In this document: positions 1 to 11,866 of the stretch, one piece after another
Numbering within the stretch: the stretch's first letter is position 1
How the letters are laid out: each line of letters begins with the position of its first letter
NCBI RefSeq assembly: GCF_018977255.1
Contig: NW_024704742.1
Span: forward strand, 17,610,001 to 17,674,000
Direction: 5' to 3'
DNA length: 64,000 bases
DNA from: Callorhinchus milii
Taxonomy: Eukaryota
Position numbers and translations under genes: made by a program
Notes under the pieces: generated by a model
Seen by the model: the letters and a program-made list of their open reading frames with translations, nothing else
What the model was told of the DNA's origin: nothing
The model's database searches: none

Positions 1-1410
1 TCCTTGGACAAAGGAGGTGTGGGATGTGAAGGAGGCCTGAAATGGCAAAGAAGAGGGAGTGGGTAGGGGAATAGGATCACAGATCACAGAGGACATGTGG
101 GGCAAGGGCATGTGAGGAGCAACCTACTTGTGTGTTTTGTATAGATTTTATATGGCTTCTTGTTAATAGTGAATATTTCCATTGAATGGAGTTGAATCTA
201 ACAGTGACAGCTCTAAATGTGTCGGGGTTTATGAAGTCTACGTTAGCCAGTTGTTAATACTTCACCAGTGAACAAATGAAAAAAAATTAATGGTGAAGTT
301 GAACGTTTAATGCTCTCAAACAACAAATAAAAAAACATTGAGTCGTCAACATGAAATCCAGAGGTTTACTAAAGCCTTAATGTGGAGCAGATGCCCCTGG
401 GGCCCCTAAAAGTATGTGACTAAAAATAAGTGCTCTGGGAAGCTACCCTGTGTGAGGGGTGCTATATAGATGCAAATTGTTGTTGTTGTTTCCTTCCCAG
501 CTACAGGTATCCATTCCCTGAGCTGGCTGTATAAGATGGGCATTCATATTAGATAGTTTTACATCCAGCTGCATAGAATCATATGGACTGCACAACATAC
601 AACCTTAGCTGTAGAGCACTTTCAGAGTTTTTCACTGCATTTGTGATATATGCTACATTCCTCATGCCTTGCCCCTTATTTTGTAACCAAAATGAGTGAT
701 GTTTAATAGGGGTAAGATCTACCACACGTTTTAAAGAGGTTGCCCCGAAGCTTTGTTTGCCTGAGGTCTTAAGATGTTCACTAACCTGAATAGAGAACAC
801 AATTGCTTGGAAACAAATTGCTGTGAGTTCCAGGAATGTGGCAATACTGTATTTACTGTCTCTGCCCCTGTCTGTCTGCTTTGGATCACTGTGGGAAAAT
901 AGGAAAGCTTTGCTCTCTGTAGATGCAGTATCTATATACTTGGCTGGTGTTGATTGTTGGTCTTGGATTTAGAACTGTTGTGTATTTAAAATGTTTTGAT
1001 AATATGTGATATGGTGAATGGTATGGTCATTTGGTAGCACATGTGCTTGTTTTTGTCACTTTATGCATTGAAAGACGTCCAGGAAGAGTGATGCGCTTGT
1101 TGGTTCTGATGCTGAGTGTAATCGTAATGGATTCATTAGATCAAGGGGATTTGCAATGGCAAATTGTATCAAAATCATGCAAAAACTAGTCAAATGCAAA
1201 CTGACATTTGCAGGAACTAGGAAGATTCCTCATGACCGGAACTGCTGGAATCTAGTTTTAATTTTCTTTCATTTCAGTGTTAAACTAAAGCCTTAATGAG
1301 TCTCAGTAATTTCCAAAATAAAAGTCCCCTATGGATACAGAGGAACAAACTGTACTGGGTGCTTCAGAAATAAGTGTTATTCACCCATAAGTCCATCCAG
1401 TCCCTGGCTT

Positions 1411-2293
1411 AGCGAGGAGGATAGTAGCAGACTGCAAGAGGACATAGACAGACTGGTAAAATGGGCAGACACGTGACAAATGGTGTTTAATGTAGAGAAA
1501 TGCGAAATGATGGATTTTGGGAGGAAGAATGAGGAGAGGCAATATAAGCTGATGGTAAAATGTTAAAGGGGGTGAAGGAACAGAGACCTGGGGGTTCATA
1601 TAAGTTAATTTTTTGAAGGTGGCAGGACAGGTGGATAAAGATTTAAAGAAAAACATACGGGATACTAGGCTTTATAAATAGGAGCATAGAATACAAAAGT
1701 CAGAAACTCATGATGAACCTTTATAAAATACTGATTAGGCCTCAGCTAGAGTGTTGTGTTCAGTTCTGGGCACCACATTTTAGGAAGCATGTCAAGGCAT
1801 TGGATAAGGTGCAAAGGAGATTTACCAGGATGATAGCAGGAATGAGGGACTTCAGTTATCAGGAGAGGCTAGAGAAGCTAGGATTATTCTCCTTGGAGCA
1901 GAAAAGGTTAAGAGGAGACTTAATAGAATTTTTCAAAAATTATGAGGGGATGGGGTGAACAAGGAGAAACTATTTCCACTGGTGGGTGGGTCGGTAACTC
2001 GAAGACACTGATTTAAAATAGCTGTTATAAGAAACAGAGGGGAGGTGAGAGAAACTTTTTCACACAGTGAGTTGTTCCGATCTGGAATGCATTGCCTGAA
2101 AGGGTAGTGGAAGCTGATTCGATAACAACTTTTAAGTGAGAAGAAGATAATTATTTGGTGAGGACAAGTTTGCAGAGTTATGGGGAGAGAGCAGGAGAGT
2201 GGAATTGATTTGGATAGCTCTTTTAAAAGAGCCAGCATAGACTCGATGGGCCGAATGACCTCCCTCTGTGCTGTGCTATGATTCTATGATTCT
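1411..2293 (+). mobile_element. CR1-clade LINE, 5'-truncated 3' portion (RT C-terminus, 3'UTR and tail), disrupted
   Basis: ORF 1710-1958 LYKILIRPQLECCVQFWAPHFRK...VQRRFTRMI...LGLFSLEQKRLRGDLIE is typical CR1 ORF2 C-terminus. Ends in GATGGGCCGAATGACCTCC...CTATGATTCTATGATTCT, the CR1 (ATTCTATG)n tail. Frameshifts and stops present. Confidence 0.95.
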
Positions 2294-2309
2294 TCTACTC
2301 TACTTGACC

Positions 2310-2500
2310 CCCTCCACTTGGCTAACTCAGGCTGGCTGTGGTCCCCACCCTCCACGTGCCAACATTCATGACTGAGCTTTCGTATCCCACACCCCTAAGG
2401 TCTGGAACTCCCTCACACAAGCTCTCCATGTACCCTCCCCAGTCTGGTTTTACATCCTGCCTGAAAGCCAATCTCTTCGAATGGCCTGTGGTCACCTCTC
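2310..2500 (+). mobile_element. Degenerate L2 LINE 3' fragment
   Basis: CCCCTAAGGTCTGGAACTCCCTC...CCTGAAAGCCAATCTCTTCGA...GGTCACCTC resembles the APxLWNSLP...LKTxLF end of the other L2 copies in the window. Confidence 0.6.
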
Positions 2501-2599
2501 TCTAAATAACAAGTAAGATTACATTTGTGATGTTACATAACACATTTGATAATGATAATTAACATGTTCTTTTTGTTAAGATGGCTGTTGAACCCATGC

Positions 2600-2745
2600 A
2601 AAAACCCATTATTATGTTTAAGAGTATCCAAACCGGTATGCAAATTTTGTGTATCCCACCTACGCATCAAAATTCCCATGTCTGGAATACAATGCAAACT
2701 CTGCTTACCTAATCTTGGAGAGTATTAGGCACAGGTGAGCAAGAA
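2600..2745. repeat. Unclassified old dispersed repeat (family X), copy 1
   Basis: Shares CCCATyAyyATGyTTAArAGTATCCAA and CTGCTTACCTAATCyTGGwGArTATTAGG...AGCAAGAA with 33714-33885, and the first block with 18651 and 27861. Confidence 0.7.
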
Positions 2746-2749
2746 TAAA

Positions 2750-3140
2750 AAATAATAAATAATCCTTACATTTGATAAGTCATCTTAAAGCATTTCACTG
2801 GATTTCCTTGGCATTTTGTGGGCATATGATCTTGCACAGAGCAATGTCCCACAAACAGCCATGAAGTGAACGATCAATTTTACTAATGGCCAGGACACCC
2901 AGAGAAACTCCCTTCTTTTTTGAATAATGCTGTGGAATCTTTACTGTCCACCTAAATAGCCAAAAGGACCGTGGTTTTAATGTCTCATTCAAAGAAGGAA
3001 GGCACCTCCCAACAATGGAGGGTACCCCAAGCACTGTGTTAGGAGTGTCAACATGGACTATATGAGTTCCAAGTTCCAATGTGGGGCTTGAACAACCTTT
3101 TACTCTTGGAAGTGAGATTGATACCTGCAGAATCAGGCTG
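2750..3140 (-). mobile_element. SacSINE1-like DeuSINE, near full length, old
   Basis: Reverse strand shows a degenerate tRNA head, Deu-domain motifs (GGTGGAC-GTAAAGATTCCA, GGGAGTTTCTC-GGGTGTCCTGGCCA, GCTGTTTGTGGGACATTGC) and an AAATGTAAGGATTATT tail. Confidence 0.85.
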
Positions 3141-4086
3141 TAATAATTTCAGGCTCTGCTCCTCACTCACTAATTAGAAACCAGAAGATGTTGATCTTAA
3201 ACCTTGCATAAAAGGGGGTCGAAGACCTGAGGTGGGGAGAGAGTGTTCAGTCCCAAACCTGAGATTATTGACAGGTTTTAATAATATTTTTTGTACAAGT
3301 GATAATTAAGCTCTGGTTTTAACTTCCTCTTCCCACCCCACACCCCACCTCGCTTTATTTGACAAGCTACTTTAAGAAGAAATGAAATCAGCTTGTGGAT
3401 AATAGCAAGAGTTTCAATTTATATAACAAATGGATCAATTGAATGAGCTGTGTAAACTATAGACTAAACCTCTACTGGATTCTGTTCGTCTTCCTCTTTC
3501 ATTGGGATTTTCTATGGATACAGGTATTTCTTGTGTATTTCTGTGGAGATTTATTCCAAGTAAAAGATTCAAATAAAGCCAGTGCTTCTCCCACTCGCCT
3601 TCATTTTTCTGATTCTTTCAGACTCAGTTTTTTTTAAAATCATTTTTCATTTTATATGCTGCACCACAGTAATGCCATCCTTGGCTATAATGCAGGCCAC
3701 TGAACAGATTGACTTCCGTGATAAATAAGATGTTTTTATTTACTTCAGTTAATATTCATTGGCTGTCTCATTCCTTGCCTCTTGCTGTATTTCAATTCAT
3801 TCCTCGATAGTGTGATTTTAGAATTTCTCTACATGTAGTCACTTGCCTTCAATTTCACATCCTTTCTGATAGCTTTCTTACGCTGTATTGTTACTTCTTG
3901 CTATTGAGGTTTATGCCTGACACCCTTATCTTAGTTCACCCTGGTGTACTTTCACACTGCGTTTCTGCTTTCTATAAATTTATTTTTTCTATTATCTTTT
4001 TGAAAGCTCTGCAACTTGTTCTCTGCTGAACACCAATATTCCTTTTAGCTATTCCTCTTTCAGTTCGTGTTTGCTTTCTATTTGTG

Positions 4087-4235
4087 TGTCAGGCTGGCTC
4101 AGAGAGAGTACACTTGTCTCTGCGTCAGAAGGTTGTGGGATCATGCCCTAGCCTGGAACTTGTTTCTCATTTAGGCTGAGATTGTTTGTGCTGTATTATT
4201 GGAGGTGCTATCCTTCTGATGAGATGCTAAATAGC
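4087..4235 (+). mobile_element. SacSINE1-like SINE, 5' part
   Basis: GGCTCAG...CTCTGCGTCAGAAGGTTGTGGG...GGAGGTGCTATCCTTCTGATGAGATG. Confidence 0.7.
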
Positions 4236-4384
4236 AAAATCTGGCAAAAGCACTTTGAGCAAAATGCTTTCATCATTCACCTTTTTAATGTGAAACTCAC
4301 AATTTGATGTTTGCTAATGGGCAGCTGAAATAAACGCAACAAATACAGTTGGTCAATATTGCATTTAAATCCCTGGTCTCAAAC

Positions 4385-4500
4385 CATAGAAATGTACAAC
4401 AGAGGAGGCCATTCAGCCCATTTTCTTGAGTCAGTGTTTGCTCCTTCAAGAAGCATTCCAACCTAACCTAATCCTAATTCCCTGCTTTATATTTCTGCTC
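4385..4500 (-). mobile_element. CR1 3' tail fragment
   Basis: CATAGAAATGTACAACAGAGGAGGCCATTCAGCCCA is the reverse complement of a CR1 3' terminus. Confidence 0.65.
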
Positions 4501-4691
4501 TATTCCAAACCCTGAGAGCAGAGAAGCTTTCAAAACAGCACACAGTCATCATTTGGCTCTGGAGTGACAATCCTTCTTATTTGAAATCGAAGTATCAAAA
4601 TAGTATCACTACTTCCATTCTCCATCTCTGCTCATCATTAGCCCCTCTCCCCATGACACTTTACAGTCTCATTACTTGCAACTGATTGCTT

Positions 4692-4915
4692 AATAATAAT
4701 CCTTGTATTTGATATAATACTTTATGTTGGAAGGACGTCTCAAAGTGCGGTAACCATATTTTGTAGGCAAACCCATCAGCCAATTTGGGTACAGCCACAG
4801 CAATGACCACCAGACAATATGAAGTGAATGACCCCCTTTATTTGATGGATTGTTGGCCAGGATACTGAGAGAAACTCCCTTTTCCTGTCAAATGGTACAA
4901 AGGGTCTTTTAACAG
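4692..4915 (-). mobile_element. DeuSINE 3' half
   Basis: (TAA)n-TCCTTGTATTTGATATA tail, CAGCCAATTTG and TTGGCCAGGATACTGAGAGAAACTCCC. Confidence 0.75.
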
Positions 4916-6802
4916 CCCCCAAAGTGTCCCCTTTTTGTCTCTATTTGGGCCTGAAATAACTGTATTTTGAAAGATGTGACTAAGAAATCATCTCCATCCC
5001 TGGTGTATAGTTGTCACCTTATATGGCACAAAAACAAAAGCCATTTGAACTTAGAATGACAGGAGACAACAAGGACAATTATAAACTTGAAAGTATTTGA
5101 CATCTTCTGCGAGAGAGAAAGAATCCATTTAATAAGGAAAATCAACGTGCATTTATTTCATAACTGAAGATCATTCCCTTGACAAATGGATTGAAAAGCA
5201 GAAAAATTTACTTTTTTGTATGAAGAACATTGCCTGGAAAGGAAAGACTGACTGATTGATCGCCAGTGTTGCAGATAGACAATTTTCCAGACTTGATGGA
5301 CATTGCAGCATGTTTCTGGGATGTCATTATTTTTGTTTTCAGAGCAGCGACAAGTCAGTCCCTCGGGCTGTTAGGTCAGGATGTGGGCATCCTGATGTGA
5401 TTCTGGTGTTATGACTTTGAAATAAATCTCTCTCAAAAGTGCACTGTTTTTGTGCCTTTGTTCCCTCTGGCAGCAACCAATGAAGTAGGGGGGGATGGCG
5501 GCAGGAGTGGAATTTGTTCTAATTGGGCCCACTGGCTGTTTACCAAGTCATAAACAATTTGTAAACCTTCAGCCTACTGAAGATATAGTGAATTTGAAGT
5601 GGTCTTTAACCAATAGTGCAGTGAGCCTTGTGCTTGCTAGGCACAGTCACCCCGGATTTTCTTTGAAGTTTTTCTAAAGTCAATTTGCTTTATGGATGGA
5701 ACCAAAACCTGACAATAAGCAGATTTTTCTTCTGCGACTTTGCTCGTTTCAGCTCAGTCATTCCTGCTGAACTGAGTTATTCATTCCAACACGTTTTATG
5801 TGTGATTTTTCCCTGAGAAATATCCGGCTCCTTTTTTTTCCCTGCTTCAGATAACTTCATAGACGGTTGAACTGGGTTGTCATTGAACTCTAATGTAGTG
5901 ACAATCAAAAGCACCACTCCAAGGGGAAAGGAGCTGGCTTCATTACTTTCAGATACTGACAGACCTATTTAACAGTCTGGAAGTGCAGTTTAAGAAGGTT
6001 GTTTGCTTATAAGGTGGGGGGCCCCAATGCATGCTTCAGTCAGCACCCAGCTCAATTTTTAAAATGTCAAACTTTGAGGTCATCATGAGAGTGTTGAATG
6101 TGTAAGTAGATGAACACGTTGAAGTTTTGCTACTTTGAAATAAAGAGGTCCTATTTCAGCCCAACAAAATGAATTGGGTGCAGATCATATGATCACTTTC
6201 TCGCAGTAAGGAAATTATGGACCATAAAAATCAGAAGTAAAATGCGACCAAAATGTTTTTAAAAAAACTTCAGTTTGTAGTTGAGCAGCGACAAATGATT
6301 GATTTTCAGTCATGTCTGTCTGAGATACTTGTACAGTCTCCATGCACAAATGCAATTGCACCTCCGGGCAAATTAATGTACCAAGGACATGTAGTTCAGA
6401 TAAAGAGAAGGCTAATGCATTTTGAATGGTTTAGCATTATAGTACTACCTTGTAATTCATTTTGTTAATCCAGTTGTTATTTAACTAGACATGTAATAAT
6501 ACCATTTATTAAAATAAGTACTGTGTAATATTATTATTAAATGTAACTATGAATTGACATCTTTTTCTTGGCAAAATGTTTATAAACTACTAACCCAGAA
6601 AATTTTTGGTTTTGTGTTAACAAATTATTATGAATTATTAATTTATAATTAAATTATAAAACTTGGATCCATGAAGGGGGGGGGGAAGTTGAAGGAAAGA
6701 AAATAGGCATCAAATGCTTTAGAAAACTACTGAGTTGAGTGTGTTCAGCAATACAAGGACCAATAAAGATACTTTCAAATCAGTTCAGAAGTCTTGTCCT
6801 CA

Positions 6803-7096
6803 GGTTGAAATTCCAATTACGTTTATCCATGTAAGACCATTTTGTTTTAAAAATTAGGATTGCTCAGAATTGTGGAAAATTCTTAAATTCGACAACTTGC
6901 TTTGATGTAGTTATGCATGATAGCATCTCGGTCTGAATTAAATTCAGTCTTAATTTGGAAACTGTTTTTCTGCATTTCTTGCAAAGAACCTGCTTCCAAA
7001 TTCATACTGAAGAGTTTTCCACAATTCTGAGGAATCTCCTATTCTAAGACAAAATGATATTACAGGCTAAGTTAAGACGAGGTGGAATTTAGGGCC
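6803..7096. mobile_element. MITE-like foldback element with long imperfect inverted arms
   Basis: Arm 6831-6884 is the reverse complement of 7010-7063, including a perfect 17-bp match (CTCAGAATTGTGGAAAA 6863-6879 / TTTTCCACAATTCTGAG 7015-7031). Termini GAAATTCC / GGAATTT. Confidence 0.7.
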
Positions 7097-7730
7097 TTTA
7101 GGAATCTTATTGTCCTGACGGGAAAGGCGCTATACAAATATAATCTTGTTGTTGTATTGTGCTAGTCGGTCGAGAACATACAAACAGAAATGCTGCACTA
7201 ATGGGCTTGTTATATGTGGAGCATTTGGCAGCTGATAGAAGGCACTTCGAACAAAACCACCTCATTTGTGCCAGCTGATGCTCCCCTACACATAATTTAT
7301 GTGGGTTGTGCGCTGTCCAGTTGTCAAGAGCTGAATAAAATTCATAGTTATGATAAACTGTAGAGCCACAAACTAAATTTATTTTAATTTAGTGAACTAT
7401 AATGTATTTTCTCTGTACCTGCACTGTGCTTCCAAGGAACATTGTGAAATCTGGGGGTGTGGTTCAATATCATGTTGTGCAATATGCTTACTCCATAAAA
7501 GGGGGAAAATATATTGCAGTAGCTGAACAAATAAATAACTGCTGGCTTTGTTATTCAGTGCCTACAATGGTCTCAGTGAGCTGGTGTTTGCACAAGAACC
7601 AGACACAAGGTCAGTGGATTTCTCCAGGATCGCAGTTGCCGTTTTATTGCCAGTTGATAGAAGTCATGGCTTCTGTGAGCAGAGACTCTTCAGTCTATCA
7701 TGAGTCGATCACTAAAATTAGCTATCTTTC

Positions 7731-7838
7731 TTTTCAGTGATTGGCTATTCTTTAGTGATTGGCTATTTTTAGTGATTGGCTATTTTTAGTGATTGGCTAT
7801 TTTTAGCGATTGGCTATTTTTAGTGATTGACTGTTTTT
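7731..7838. repeat. 17-bp minisatellite (TTTTTAGTGATTGGCTA), about 6 copies
   Basis: Read directly: 5 GATTGG units plus 1 GATTGA unit. Confidence 0.95.
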
Positions 7839-8379
7839 CCCCTTTCATCTCTAATAATTCCCCTTTCAGCCACTGCTCCCACTGAATAGCCTGAGCCAGC
7901 TTTAATAAAACCTTTCCTTGGGACTGCAAGGTACCACCAAATAGATGTGAATTGAATGGTGTGGCGACCTATCAATTCAAGACCTATTGATGTACCACAG
8001 ATAGGATAAGGGTTTCTGTCTCTTAAATGCCATGGGAACGGTGCTATACAAAAGCAAGTTTTTATCTGCTCCCATGCAGCTTTCCTGGTCTTCCCTCTGA
8101 CATAAGAAAGCACTAAATGGAATAAGGCCATCTTCTTTCACAGACTATGTCAAACCTGCTCTCTCAAGGACTCAACCAACACCAATTTCTGTGGGAAAAC
8201 ACCACACACAAAAAACAATATTTACAGATTCTACATCTCCATTCGTTCCTGGATTGCTACACTCTTTAGACAACACTTCCTCCCCAGGCCCCAGTAGCCT
8301 AGAAACAATGCTATCCTGTGGAGTATTTACACATCTCAGGATACATCTATCCCTATAACCTCCAAAGATGTTCTTAGAC

Positions 8380-8645
8380 GTTCTTTTTTAAAAGGGCAAC
8401 CGCTTTTGTTGGCAGTCAATTCTGCATGGAGAGCAGTCTGTTGGGAAAAGAATTCCTTCAAATCTCCAGTCTTGCTTGAAGTTTGTTAATTGTAAAACTA
8501 TGCCCTCTAGTTTTGTGCTCATAGTCTGTGTCAAGTAGTCTGCTTAAATCTACATCATCTGTGTGCCTCTCAGCATTTTAAAGGCATGATTCCCCCCCCA
8601 GCCCCACTCAATCTTTTCTTCAATAAAAACATGTTCAGCTCTGTG
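8380..8645 (-). mobile_element. Old CR1 fragment
   Basis: AAAAGAATTCCTTC...AAAACTATGCCCTCTAGTT...CTCAGCATTTTAAA...AATCTTTTCTTC is the reverse of the CR1 TRGHS.KL / KxFF region. Confidence 0.55.
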
Positions 8646-8799
8646 AACATAGAAAGAAGCCCTGTTTGAGACATCTCAACGATGTGATAATGTGCTATAT
8701 CAAATGCAAGGAATATTATTTTTATTATAACGTCCTTATTTAGCACAACTTCTTATTTGTGCTGCTGTCCTGTGACCCATGCTAACTGACAGTGTTGTA

Positions 8800-9030
8800 C
8801 ATTTACAAAGACTGTACAACATGGAAACAGGCTATTCGGCTTATCTAGTCCATCTCAGTGTTTATACTCCGCACTGGTCTCCTCCCATCTCCTTCTATTT
8901 TGTTCTCCCTCATGTTTATATCTAGCTTACTCTTACATGTATCTAAACTATCTGATTCAACCACCATTTTGGGGAGAGAGTTCCACATCCTGACAACCCA
9001 GTTCCACATTCTCACTATGCACTGTGCAAA
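8800..9030 (-). mobile_element. CR1 3' end fragment
   Basis: ACAACATGGAAACAGGCTATTCGGC tail, TATCTAGCTTACTCTT and GAGTTCCACATCCT; similar to 61745-61990. Confidence 0.8.
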
Positions 9031-9404
9031 TGTTTCTCACACAAAAAAATGGCTGATTTTCAGTCTCTCAGGTTGCTGTTGAATTCACTTCCTAGGCATA
9101 GGGCCCTTGCACAGGAAACGTCGCTGATGTCACTTCTCACATAAAGTGATGTCAACAGCACTTCCTGAGCTCCCAGAGGACAGGAAATGTTAGTGCTGAC
9201 CTAAACTACATGTCAACTATTTGTTCATGCTTTTCTTACAAAGAAAACTCTTAAGAGATTCAATCCAGATGTGTTATAATAGGGCTGCCTGCTGTATAGC
9301 ATCCTTTGACTTTGTGCCCTAAATTCCAGAATCATCCATAGGAACGTAGGAATAGAGATGATCAACGTGGCTACTTTGGTTGTCCCAAAGTAAAATACCC
9401 CAAA

Positions 9405-9585
9405 TACTGATAATAATTTGGTCACTCAATCCACGACTGTTTATGGGACACTGCTGTGTGAAATTGGCTGCCGCATTTCGCCCACAAAATATACAGTCAA
9501 TTCATTTTACAGTATATTTGGTGAAGTGCTTTGAGATGTCTCGAAGACACGATAAGGCACCATATCAGATACAAGGATTATTATA
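9405..9585 (+). mobile_element. tRNA-Ala/CORE/Deu SINE, 3' half
   Basis: TTTGGTCACTCAATCCACGACTGTTT-TGGGACACTGCTGTG...GAGATGTCTCGAAGACACGATAAGGCAC...CAAGGATTATTA. Confidence 0.9.
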
Positions 9586-10204
9586 AAATTTGTGGTAATT
9601 TTGAAATATTTCTTGTGTTAAGCAAAGAATGTTTAATACCTACCGGTAAGTAGGTAGAGAATAAATGGAACAGTCTTCCCAGTTTCTCAATATCTAAGCT
9701 AGGCCTAAGGCTCAGGATTCCCTAAAATCTATTTCTGGGCTAGATCAAGCCCAAAAACCATCAGTTAAAAATTATCCCGGGAATTAAAAGCTACACACAC
9801 AGGTTGTCATTGAATGCAGAGTGGATTGGAGCTAGACTCTTCCTTATGATGATGGGAGGGGAGGGGGGGAGACGCGAAAGACAGGACAGGTCAACTTTGG
9901 CTATTATGATGTTCCTTACAGGACCCAGCAATGCTGACAAAGCCTTGGTAGCAAATCCTCTCTTGTCCTCTTTTCCAGGCCATTCATCGTGCCAATGAAA
10001 TTCGCAAGTACTGGAGGTAGGGTCTAAAGAGGAAAATAATAAGATACATAGACAGGAAAAATCAAATAAATTGAGTCTATTAACACTGTACTGGCCTGTT
10101 ACTGTGTAGCTTGGTAGTGTGTGGCATGATATCGACTGTGCAGCATGGCTGTGCCATCAATCACTATGACATGATGCACTATCAAGTGTGTGAGTACATA
10201 TTAG

Positions 10205-10395
10205 TATTATTGAAAAAGCGAAGTTTCTCTTCGTGTCCTGGGCAACAAACCCCAAAAGCAACATTGGTCATTCACTTCATGGCTGTTTTGGGGACATTGC
10301 TGTTCACAAATTGGCTGCTGTGCTCGTCCACAAAACAGACACTTTACAGAGTATCCTGTGAAGCACTTTGGGATGTCTTCCTAATGTAAAAGGTC
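10205..10395 (+). mobile_element. DeuSINE 3' half, old
   Basis: GTGTCCTGG...TTGGTCATTCACTTCATGGCTGTTTTGGGGACATTGCTG...GTGAAGCACTTTGGGATGTC. Confidence 0.8.
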
Positions 10396-11124
10396 AATAC
10401 CAAGTTTAAGATTGTTATTTTCTTATAAATATGTTGCTTATTTCTGGCAGAAGGTTTCCAGCAAACAATTTTAAATATGAAATTATATGTACTGCGTATA
10501 TCAATATGAACAGGGTACTCGAGCTGGGAATGAGCACAAAGAAATGACTTCAAGAAGTTTGTCTCAAGATAAATGGCTTGTGTGGACACCATGAACAATT
10601 ATATCATCTAGGTACCTTAAACTGCAGCTCAACTGTCTTCAGTCAGTGACTGAGGATAGCTTTCAGCTGAATGCCTTTCACAATGTCAGTGATGTGCAAC
10701 TGACCCGAGAAATAATAGACAAGTGGGAGTGCAGCAGGTAGAAACTGTGCAAGCAAGCAGGTTGACTGAAGGACGAGATTGCTGGTCGGTTCTTTGAATC
10801 AAGGAGCATGCCCTCAATAATGACTCTTAAGAGTCAGTTATTGCTATTGGAATAAATGTTTTGCTGGGGCAGATTTGTTTTTTTTTTAAACAGCTCTGGT
10901 GATATCTGAAGCAGCTCAGCAGTCAGTCACTGGTGTGCAATTTCTTTGGCATTAATGCTGCCTTCACTTTTTTCTTAAATCTTTTTCAATCCAGTGTATT
11001 AAATTTAATAAACTTGCTATCATATCAGTACATTACATTAAACCTGCAAATTGACATAGCTTCATTATAGCCTGGTACACTCTGGTCCATTACTGTGACT
11101 ATCTCTCGGTAAACGATTGAGCAC

Positions 11125-11335
11125 CAAGTGGAGGAAAAGAGGAGGGAGGGAGGGGGAGAGGAAAGGAAGGGGAGAGGAAGAACATGTGAGTGAGTGAGGG
11201 AGAGGGGAAATCACAGAGTAGAGAAAGACAGTGAAGAGACTCAGGGAGAATAAACCCAGTATAGGGAGACAGTATAGAGAGTAAGACCGAAGCAGGAAAT
11301 GAGAGACAGAAAGACAGAAAAAAACACTGAGATAA
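11125..11335. repeat. Purine-rich (GA) low-complexity tract
   Basis: About 200 bp strongly A/G-biased on the + strand. Confidence 0.8.
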
Positions 11336-11596
11336 ACACACTCATTCATAAAGTCTATTTATGCTCACTACCAACAGCTTGTTCATGAATCAGAACTCAT
11401 CACTATTTGCGTATCCTGGGACAGACCACTTTGACTGTCAGTAAACATGCTATTGCAAACCCCACAATATAGCAGAGCACAAAGCCAAAATGGTCACCGT
11501 GACATCACTTCCTGCACTAAAGGACGGCTGACCTGGGTCGTCAGCTTACTGCTGATGTCACTTCCTGCACGCTGCACATGTGTTGGTCAGGTGCCA

Positions 11597-11866
11597 TATA
11601 ATACTAATAATGATCCTTACATTTGCCGTAGCGCCTTATCACGTCCTCGAAGACGTGATAAGGCGCTACAGCAAATTTAAGGATCATTATTAATATTATA
11701 CACTATATTCTCAAAGCGCTTCACAGAATACAGTGTAAAGTGAATTGACTGTATATTTTGTGGGCGAAACGCTGCAGATAATCGCCCACAAAATAAATTT
11801 ATTTTCTAACCCAGGTCCTCTTACTTGTGAGGTGAGAGCTCTAACCAATACTCTACAGGACTCCAC
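11597..11866 (-). mobile_element. tRNA-Ala SINE copy rearranged by two fold-back inversions and an internal deletion
   Basis: Head (rc GTGGAGTCCTGTAGAG...GGTTAGAGC) at about 11808-11866, tail at 11605-11770. Palindrome at 11597-11700 and a 14-bp stem at 11754-11795. Confidence 0.85.
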
